A stretch of DNA of 42,448 nucleotides from Nemertoderma westbladi (taxonomy: Eukaryota > Animalia > Xenacoelomorpha): contig JAUCBJ010005154.1 in NCBI GenBank assembly GCA_032718475.1, positions 1-42,448 of the forward strand. Direction: 5' to 3'. A program made the translations under genes and the position numbers. The number at the start of each line of letters is the position of its first letter. The stretch's first letter is position 1. Of this stretch, positions 24,576 through 34,084 are shown piece by piece. The notes under the pieces are model-generated. The model was not told the origin of the DNA and did not search any database. It saw only the letters and a list, made by a program, of their open reading frames with translations.

Positions 24576-26316
24576 CAATAGTTACTTCGTTGCATAATTT
24601 ACTTCGGTATTTTAATCTGTAAATATTCTACGCAGTTTTATATCCCTTTTTATTTCACTGTTCGTTCTGCCATCCTAATAAAATCCTAATAAAATATAAT
24701 GATTGCTGACTTCGAAACTCTACCTATTTTTAAATACCACTGAACCATCGCCCCGTTCTCTTCACTACAACTGCATCCCCTTCGCTCAAGTCTAAACACC
24801 GCACATGCTTACTTGATTGTTGTTGCGATTGTGACGCTCACCACAATTTGCGCGCAAGATACTACGTTTTTCTCTACAAGTTCACTAACTGGCCCAAGTG
24901 AAGGATACCAGACTTTCTGCCCTTGTATTTCACTTTGCAGTACAGTACCCCCATGTGAAGAATACCAGGTTTTCACCAAAAACACAAGAAACAAACGTTA
25001 CAGAAGGGCTGAATCTAACCAAAACAATAAACGAATTAGTCTACAGTATGTACAGGTTATAAGACAGAAATAAACGCCATAAAACACTTAGTAAAGATAA
25101 ATTAAAAAAAATTAAAAATCTTCACATATAAAATTCCAATAAAAAGTCAAAATAAGAAACCATTAAGTATAACAATAACCGAAATTATCTTTAGTTTGAT
25201 TGATTTTTACCCACATTAACTTCTTAAAACTCACGACGTACAGTATAATAAATACTACAGTACATACAGCATACAATACTATTATGTAGGCTACTGCAGA
25301 CAGACTTGTGGGGCGAGTCAAAACTGCGAGCCATCAGCAAACTGTTATAATTATACTATGGCCGTTTTCTAAAAGTCTGGGTATGTGTCGGTGGGTGATG
25401 GGGTTCTGACGGAAGGTGTAAACTGTGGAAACACACCCTCTTTTTCACCCACAAACTGGCGAGCAAGAAACAAACTGTGGAGATCCCGGTTTGCACTAAT
25501 GGAAAATTTGGAATCAGGAGATCAAATATAGTGTAAATGTGAGATTTCTATATTAATAGCTCGAACTCCACACTTTGTTACTAAAACTCGGAAAAAATGT
25601 GTGTGTGTTTAAAGATTTGGTGTGTAATACAGTAGGGTAATACTGGCCACATTTTGTTAATTAAATACGAGAAGCCCCGATTTGTCATCATCCCCGGTTT
25701 GTATAAAAAATGGATCCCCGTTTTGTTAGTGGGATATGATTATGTCGAACTCCCCGGTCTGGATGAAAAATTACATTTTTTCAATCCATTGATCTAATAC
25801 TTTATAAAAAATAAATAATTGATTTTCCGCTTGTCTCGAGATCACTTATAACCCGAGATAACGCAGAGAGCGAGGTCAGTAATGTTTTGTATCTCCAGTA
25901 AATGGGAATAGTACTAGATCGTGACAACAGTCGAAAACAGGCGAAAACAAGCGAAAACAAGCGTAAACAGTTGGAATGTAGGGAAAACAGACGAAAATAG
26001 TTAGATCGTTTAAAAATAATCATCCATACATCCAGGTGAAAATAGATATTGAAGTTAACTAGGTGTAATAATACATTTAAAATTTAGTGGCATTTATGAT
26101 GTCGTTAAATTAAGATGACGTTCTACCCATGTACAATAACACTGCTCATACAGTATCAGTGCCCGCACTGCCGTACCGGTACCTGTTGTAGTTACTGTCC
26201 TCCTCTACCGGTTGGGTAGGCCTAGTACCGTATTGAATTTATTATTATTGCAGAGATGCACTTTATTGATTGTTATGCAGTCTGACAGTAGTACTGTAGT
26301 AGCTAGTACTGTAGGC

Positions 26317-28889
26317 CTGCTACCCGAAGGTAGGGCTGGGCGCTACTCCTGTCTGCTACCCGAGGGTAGGGGTGGGCGCTACTCCTATCTGCTACCCGAG
26401 GGTAGGGGTGGGCGCTACTCCTATCTGCTACCCGAAGGTAGGGGTGGGCGCTACTCCTATCTACTACCCGAAGGTAGGGGTGGGCGCTACTCCTATCTGC
26501 TACCCAAGGGTAGGGCTGGGCGCTACTCCTATCTGCTACCCGAAGGTAGGGGTAGACGCTACTCCTATCTGCTACCCGAGGGTAGGGGTGGGCGTTACTC
26601 CTATCTGCTACCCGAAGGTAAGGGTGGGCGCTACTCCTATCCGCTACTCCTATCTGCTACGCGAGGGTAGGGGTGGGCGCTACTCCTATCTGCTACCCGA
26701 GGGTAGGGGTGGGCGCTACTCCTATCTGCTACCCGAGGGTAGGGGTGGGCGCTACTCCTATCTGCTACCCGATAGTAGGGGTGGGCACTACTCCTATCTG
26801 CTACACGAGGGTAGGGGTGGGCGCTACTCCTGTCTGCTACCCGAAGGTAGGGGTGGGCGCTACTCCTATCTGCTACCCGAGGGTAGGGGTGGGCGCTACT
26901 CCTATCCGCTACTCCTATCTGCTACCCGAAGGTAGGGGTGGGCGCTACTCCTATCTGCTACCCGTGGGTAGGGGTGGGCGCTACTCCTATCTGCTACCCG
27001 TGGGTAGGGGTGGGCGCTACTCCTATCTGCTACCCGAAGGTAGGGGTGGGCGCTACTCCTATCTGCTACCCGAAGGTAGGGGTGGGCGCTACTCCTATCT
27101 GTTACCCGAAGGTAGGGGTGGGCGCTACACCCATCTGCTACCCGTGGGTAGGGGTGGGCGCTACTCCTATCTGCTACCCGAAGGTAGGGGTGGGCGCTAC
27201 TCCTATCTGTTACCGAAGGTAGGGGTGGGCGCTACTCCTATCTGCTACCCGAAGGTAGGGGTGGGCGCTACTCCTATCTAATACCCGAGGGTTGGGGTGG
27301 GCGCTACTCCTATCTGTTACCCGAGGGTAGGGGTGGGCGCTACTCCTATCCGCTACTCCTATCTGCTACCCGAAGATAGGGGTGGGCGCTACTCCTATCT
27401 GCTACCCGAAGGTAGGGGTGGGCGCTACTCCTATCTGCTACCCGAGGGTAGGGGTGGGCGCTACTCCTATCTGCTACCCGAGGGTAGGGGTGGGCGCTAC
27501 TCCTATCTGTTACCCGAGGGTAGGGGTGGGCGCTACTCCTATCCGCTACTCCTATCTGCTACCCGAAGGTAGGGGTGGGCGCTACTCCTATCTGCTACCC
27601 GAGGGTAGGGCTGGGCGCTACTCCTATCTGCTACCCGAAGGTAGGGGTAGACGCTACTCCTATCTGCTACCCGAAGGTAGGGGTGGGCGCTACTCCTATC
27701 TACTACCCGAAGGTAGGGGTGGGCGCTACTCCTATCTGCTACCCAAGGGTAGGGCTGGGCGCTACTCCTATCTGCTACCCGAAGGTAGGGGTAGACGGTA
27801 CTCCTATCTGCTACCCGAGGGTAGGGGTGGGCGTTACTCCTATCTGCTACCCGAAGGTAAGGGTGGGCGCTACTCCTATCCGCTACTCCTATCTGCTACC
27901 CGAAGGTAGGGGTGGGCGCTACTCCTATCTGCTACCCGTGGGTAGGGGTGGGCGCTACTCCTATCTGCTACCCGTGGGTAGGGGTGGGCGCTACTCCTAT
28001 CTGCTACCCGAAGGTAGGGGTGGGCGCTACTCCTATCTGCTACCCGAAGGTAGGGGTGGGCGCTACTCCTATCTGTTACCCGAAGGTAGGGGTGGGCGCT
28101 ACACCCATCTGCTACCCGTGGGTAGGGGTGGGCGCTACTCCTATCTGCTACCCGAAGGTAGGGGTGGGCGCTACTCCTATCTGTTACCGAAGGTAGGGGT
28201 GGGCGCTACTCCTATCTGCTACCCGAAGGTAGGGGTGGGCGCTACTCCTATCTAATACCCGAGGGTTGGGGTGGGCGCTACTCCTATCTGTTACCCGAGG
28301 GTAGGGGTGGGCGCTACTCCTATCCGCTACTCCTATCTGCTACCCGAAGATAGGGGTGGGCGCTACTCCTATCTGTTACCCGAAGGTAGGGGTGGGCGCT
28401 ACTCCTATCTGCTACCCGAAGGTAGGGGTGGGCGCTACTCCTATCTAATACCCGAGGGTTGGGGTGGGCGCTACTCCTATCTGTTACCCGAGGGTAGGGG
28501 TGGGCGCTACTCCTATCTGCTACCCGAAGATAGGGGTGGGCGCTACTCCTATCTGTCACCCGAAGGTAGGGGTGGGCGCTACTCCTATCTGCTACCCGAA
28601 GGTAGGGGTGGGCGCTACTCCTATCTGTTACCCGAAGGTAAGGGTGGGCGCTACTCCTATCTGCTACCCGAAGATAGGGGTGGGCGCTACTCCTATCTGT
28701 TACCCGAAGGTAGGGGTGGGCGCTACTCCTATCTGCTACCCGAGGGTAGGGGTGGGCGCTACTCCTATCTGCTACCCGAGGGTAGGGGTGGGCGTTACTC
28801 CTATCTGCTACTCGAAGGTAGGGGTGGGCGCTACTCCTATCCGCTACTCCTATCTGCTACCCGAAGATAGGGGTGAGCGCTACTCCTAT
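26317..28889. repeat. GC-rich minisatellite, 36-bp unit (CTGCTACCCGAAGGTAGGGGTGGGCGCTACTCCTAT), ~70 copies, with a 974-bp higher-order duplication
   Basis: Direct tandem units; identical variant blocks at ORFs 26938 and 27912; occasional 13-bp CCGCTACTCCTAT insertions. Confidence 0.96.
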
Positions 28890-29200
28890 TCCTTGTATTT
28901 TTCCCAGTTATTTAACTGGTACTCAAGATTTATAATATCGTATCTTATTCCTACGAACAGACCAGAGCTTGTTTTAACTGAATTCGGAATTGTTTTAACT
29001 GAACCGAATATTTTAACATAATTTTTAACCGTGTTTTAAAAAATATTTAGATATTTATTATTAAATATATATTTATTAAAAATATTTAAAAAATTTAGAT
29101 ATAGATTATTTTATTCCAAGTTGTTTGACTAGGTAATGTGAACGATACTGTTGTTTCAGCGCCATAGAGTATTCCTATGTAAATTTGGCTCAATATAAAT

Positions 29201-30340
29201 TGTAAAGGCTTTTGCGGAATTGGCCGGTTATTTTCCCCGTAAAGTACTCTGTAGTTGGTTTAACAGGCATAAAAGGCCGTGTCCTTACTGTACTGGTGTT
29301 TTAGAGGACATAAAAGCCATTTCTTCTGTATGTGTACTTTAGCGGACATAATTAGCAATTCTATGACGCAACACGCCGGATCCTCTTGAAACAGTGTAGC
29401 TACCATGACGACGGCTAACAGCTGATATTGCCACATAGAACATCTCTTTGTTCTTTGTTCTCTCTTTGTTCGGTCGACCAATCAGAGCGTTTTTTGCCTC
29501 TGTGTTGGAGATTGTATATAGAAACTAGGGAAGTGAGTCAGTATGTGATTTTGTCCACAGCCTACAACACCGGCGTGGAACCTCCGTGTTTCAGTCTTTA
29601 GCATCAACATTAGTAGGCTTAATTATAGAACGTATATCCGTTATCTCAGTCACTCATAATCATTCATACCTTAACATTACTGCTTTTGCTGTCGGTTATT
29701 CATTATATTTGTTGATAGAATATTATATTTGGAATACTGATCAATAATCAGACACCCCAATCTTCTTGATATACTAAAGGTTAGAGAGACCGGTTACATA
29801 TAACGATTGCGACTTATATTAAGTGGTTTGAAGTGAATCTAATGCTATTTTATAGGCCCTACACGTATTGTCTGTTATTCTCTTTGTATGTGACTAAAAT
29901 TAGTGAAGGTCGGCAGATTGGTGTGCAGCATTGTGCAGCATTGTGTATGATTGTGATTGATAACGAAGCATCTCCTAAAGAATGCGCCATATACGTGAAT
30001 CTATAGCCATCCCATTGTGTCTGGTTTAAGTCATAACTCTGTTTATATATTTAGAGCGCCACGTCCTAAAGGAACTGTTAATATTTCCCGAAAGTGAATA
30101 ATATTGTCAGAGATTATATATATTAAGATCAGTCGAATAATACAGTAGGCCTATCCCGCAATACGATTAGGCTTCCGAATCCAGTCTCCCGGGTATATCC
30201 AGCGGGTGAATGATCGCGCATAGACTGGTTTCGGCTAATGTAGTGTATCAAATATTTGTCGTAGGCTAAATACTATCTATTATCTAGAAGACATCCTAAT
30301 TTGGCAGGTTTAAACTGCTAAAGGTCTGAAAGCGCGAACA
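29201..30340 (+). repeat. 5' LTR (1140 bp)
   Basis: TGTAAAGG...GCGCGAACA; direct repeat of 40484-41622 with about 9 substitutions and 3 single-base indels by eye. CCAAT (~29478) and TATA-like GTATATAG (~29514) motifs. Confidence 0.95.
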
Positions 30341-30353
30341 ATAACGGATATAT
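30341..30353 (+). other. Non-tRNA primer-binding-site position, complementary to the element's own LTR
   Basis: ATAACGGATATA(T) directly abuts the LTR and is the reverse complement of 29633-29644 (12 nt) and of 40915-40927 (13 nt). It does not begin with TGG. Confidence 0.6.
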
Positions 30354-30690
30354 CGTCTAATTGCAGGGTAGGCAATAAATACAGTTTAATATTGTTCTGG
30401 TAAGAACAATAACGGATATAGCTTCTGTATTGCAGTAGGCAATAAAGCTGAAGTACCGGCCAACCGGTACCCAGTAGGCCTGACTACCTAACCACCCGGA
30501 CCGGTACCTACAGCAGTACAGGTACAGTAGTATTATTCGATTTTGATTATTATATACCAGTAGGTCTTAATAATTAATCGGGGATGCCTGGTTTTTATTG
30601 GGATTTTACTTAGGCCTATTTCTGTCAGTTTTATTTATTTGTAGGCTAATATTGAGCAGAAGGCGTGTAAGCCTGCTCAGATTGTACAGA

Positions 30691-31270
30691 CAATTTGTAG
30701 GCTAGACTGTTGTCTGACTGTTGTTAAGTCTGAACGGATTGCAGTGTGTGTAGAGCATCTGTCCGATAAAGTGCTAGTTAGGAACGTAGGGGCTTCAAGT
30801 GCTGTGAGGTAAACCCCCTTTGAAAGAATAAGTCGTACTACTAGGTTAGAACGCATACTAACTAATCATTTCGGAGTCTGCATATACTGTAGTTTATTTA
30901 GGCTTGATAGTAGTCTGCCATCGTTTGGTCTGTACTTTGTTTGTGTAGTCTGTACAGGTAGCGTATAATTCTTATTTAGATAATTTGTAGGCTGGATAGT
31001 TGTCGGGCTGTTGTTAGGTCTGAGGAAATTTCGGTGTGTGTAGAGTGTATGTCCGATAAAGTGCCAGTTGGGAACGTAGGGGCTTCCAGTGCTGTGAGGT
31101 AAACCCCCTCTGAAAGAATAAGTCGTACTACTAGGTTAGAACGCATACTAACTAACCATTTCGGAGTCTGCATATACCGTAGTTTGTTTAGGCTTGATAG
31201 TAGTCTGTCAGTATTTGGTCTGCATTTTGTTTGAGTAGTCTGTACGCGTAGCGTAATATTTATTATTCAG
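30691..31270. repeat. Two diverged 290-bp tandem copies in the element leader
   Basis: AATTTGTAGGCT starts at 30692 and 30982; the central ~130 bp are nearly identical. Confidence 0.9.
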
Positions 31271-32593
31271 AGTTTATGCTATTATTCGCAACATTCATAT
31301 CCCCAAGTTTATTCCTACAGTAATTGTGCTTGTTATACATACCGTTATAGTTAAACTAACTCCGGTACTACATCAGGGCTGCTCGGCGTAGGTAAAGACT
31401 GGAGATTTTATGCTTTGGTCACTCCGGCAGATACCGTGGTTCTTTTAGCTGTTCAAGTATTTTTAACTACTGATTATTTGTTGTACAAGTACTTGTACCT
31501 AATTTAGGGTTTAGTGTACAGTGCTTTCCGAAGGTAATTAGCGTGTAGGCAGTATATTTGTGTTGTAAAGTGGTTAATAGGCACGTTGGTTCTGGTAGAC
31601 CGCGGTAATTAACTTCTGGGTAGGAACACTCCGTGATACATAACGTAGTACTTATAGCGATACGGCTATAAGTCGTCAGACGGTGGTATTTTCCTATCTG
31701 GACAACGCAGTATATTTACTACTACTTATTATTTTCAAATACCGTAGTACTCTGTCTGTTGTAATAACCAGATATTCTAACCCTTTGTTAGGCTGGTTTG
31801 TAGACTTCTTGTAAAATTACCCTAAAAATTCGTACTTGTAAATTTTTGTGTTTATTTAGAGATTGTAATCTCAACCCGAATTGTACGTAATTTGTAGTAT
31901 TAAGTAACTTAGGTAAATTAGAATTATTTGTTTTAGTGTCCAACAAGTAGCACTCCACTGAGAGCGCACAGCTTCTGTGTAGTGACTCCCCCAGAAATAA
32001 TAACATTTATTTCAAATATTGACAAAAACCCATTAAACGGGTATATATATTATAAATCAACTCAAACGATTTATAAATAGTAGGCCTGCCATACAACAAC
32101 TAGGTCTCAATATCAGTTGGACTACTGCTTAAATAACGGTAATAAAGTAAGTAAAGTAACCAAGTAACCCCTAAAATTTCAGAAATTCAATTATTCCAAA
32201 ATAATTGACATACCGGTATTCACGATAGGCTTATTATATTTATTTCTATAAATTTAGGCTGAAATCATACCGGTATTCTGTAATTAATTCTAGTTCATAA
32301 TTATACTTATATATATTCTATAAGTGTAAGCTGTATACCGGTATTCACGATAGGCCTATTATATATTTATATATATTTGTGCTGAAATTGCATACCGGTA
32401 TTCTGTGACAAACCTAGTCTGTAATAATACTTATATATACTATAAGCATACCGGTATTCTAATATATTGTATATATATCACATTACATAGAGTAACGATA
32501 TCGGTAATTAATTACTAGGCTAACAGTGATACTGAATTACTAGACTTGCTTTAACTGTAATATAGCAGTAGGCATTCAACTGTACAATCAAAC

Positions 32594-34084
32594 ATGTCTG
32601 ACTCACAACAAACACTGTCAGATAGTCTCATAGAAAGTGTTAGAATGACTGTTAGACAGTGTCTTAAAAAGATCTGTGACCAAGATCAAAGTATAGAACA
32701 TCCCAGACCAAAGTCTAAGTCCCCTCCTACTGTAAGAAAGGCCATCCCTACAGTAGTAGTGTCAGACCCTAGACTAGTAGAACACCGTAGGTCTATCATA
32801 GGCACTAGAGCTCAGGTCAAGCGGGACCAAGAAGTAGCGAAACAGCAACCACCCGCGAGCCGAGAACTTATTTCTCAACGGCCCGACAGCTCCAGTAGTG
32901 AGGATACTGTAGAGCTGACACCCGAGCGCGGAGCAAAGATGACGGATGCGGTTTATTCGGATCCCCTTCTCATCCTTCCTGCAGCCGTACTCACTAGGGT
33001 ATTGATTGCGGTGGAAGAACACCAGATCGATTGGGCGAGAAGTAAGCGATCGACTAAAGATAGTTATGCGGGATACACAAGGGAAGAACTGAAGTCTATT
33101 GTCGAGTCGCAATGGAACTTCCCCGGACCCGGACTCCCGTTTGATTTATCAGAAGCTGCCTGGGAAGATATACACAGGATGGGAGTAACCAAGGAAACCA
33201 TCGATCCAGCTGTGTGGAAGAGGTCCGCAGCCGGATACATACAGGGATTCGTCAGCTCTATGGAGCGATTAGAAAAACAACTGTTTCAACAACCCCAAGG
33301 ACCTCAAGAGCAGGGACAGCTGCTTTATCAAGTTAGAGAAAGAATTCTACGAATCAGGCTAATCTTATCGGCCTTTGAGGAGGCTTCTAAAAGAAGACAA
33401 GACACGTCGTTGCAAGTTGCCGTAAAGACTTGGTTTCAACGGGTGAGCCTCCAGGTGCAAGGAACGACTCAGTGGAAAGCCCAGCTGGATGAACGCTCAA
33501 CCCATGGAGAATCAACAGACGCTACTTTTTCCCAAGTGGAAAGTGAAGCGGCGGCAGAGAAGCCGCATAAGAGGGATGCCATTGACATCTATCTGTCGGA
33601 CTATCAACGTTTTGTAGGAGATGAAGAGTTGAGGAGAAGACTAGAGGGGCTTAGCCCTAATAGTGAAGGAGCCCAGCGTGTGTTGGACGCAATCGATGTG
33701 GATAGGTTAGCTGCGAACCAAGCTAAATTCAATGAAAGCATCCGCATCGCTAAGGTTCAAGAAGAACAAGTAAAGAAAAAACGTATAGAAGATAGAAAGA
33801 CAGCAGCAGCGACAGTGGCAGCGGCAGAAGCGGATAGAAAAGCGGCAGAAGCAAAAGCGGCAGCTGCAGCAGCCGAAGCGGAAAGAAAAATAGCAGTGGC
33901 AGAAGCAGAACGGAGGGCATCTAAAGAGACAACCCAACTAGAGTTGGAAAATCTTCAAGAGAGGCAAGACAACTTTAATAAACAGTTAACAGCTAGTAAT
34001 ATGCAGATGATGAATCGATTTACTCCCAAAAGACAAGGTTATACATCATCTGAGGAAGGCGATCCACCAGAGGCGGGTAAATGA
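32594..34084 (+). CDS. Element ORF1, 496 aa, unknown function, C-terminal Ala/Glu/Lys coiled coil (possibly a separated Gag N-terminal region)
   Basis: Uninterrupted ORF with CAAACATG start context; no domain recognised. Confidence 0.75.
   Translation: MSDSQQTLSDSLIESVRMTVRQCLKKICDQDQSIEHPRPKSKSPPTVRKAIPTVVVSDPRLVEHRRSIIGTRAQVKRDQEVAKQQPPASRELISQRPDSSSSEDTVELTPERGAKMTDAVYSDPLLILPAAVLTRVLIAVEEHQIDWARSKRSTKDSYAGYTREELKSIVESQWNFPGPGLPFDLSEAAWEDIHRMGVTKETIDPAVWKRSAAGYIQGFVSSMERLEKQLFQQPQGPQEQGQLLYQVRERILRIRLILSAFEEASKRRQDTSLQVAVKTWFQRVSLQVQGTTQWKAQLDERSTHGESTDATFSQVESEAAAEKPHKRDAIDIYLSDYQRFVGDEELRRRLEGLSPNSEGAQRVLDAIDVDRLAANQAKFNESIRIAKVQEEQVKKKRIEDRKTAAATVAAAEADRKAAEAKAAAAAAEAERKIAVAEAERRASKETTQLELENLQERQDNFNKQLTASNMQMMNRFTPKRQGYTSSEEGDPPEAGK

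Noticed and set aside
24813-25073. 86-aa ORF with a hydrophobic start downstream of the candidate promoter
   Set aside because: No in-frame ATG (stop at 24741, TTG start), no clear splice sites and no homology recognised.
26212-29021. ORFs with LLPEGRGGRYSY / GATPICYPKVGV repeats (superficially RGG-like)
   Set aside because: Artefacts of the 36-bp unit; 13-bp insertions and 1-bp deletions shift frames freely.
29260-29481. 73-aa minus-strand ORF, repeated at 40543-40764
   Set aside because: It is duplicated only because it lies in the LTRs; non-ATG start and no recognisable motif.
30398-30415. TGGTAAGAAC as a displaced tRNA PBS
   Set aside because: It is ~57 nt from the LTR end, sits in a hairpin, and I do not recognise it as complementary to a tRNA 3' end; a search against host tRNAs would settle this.
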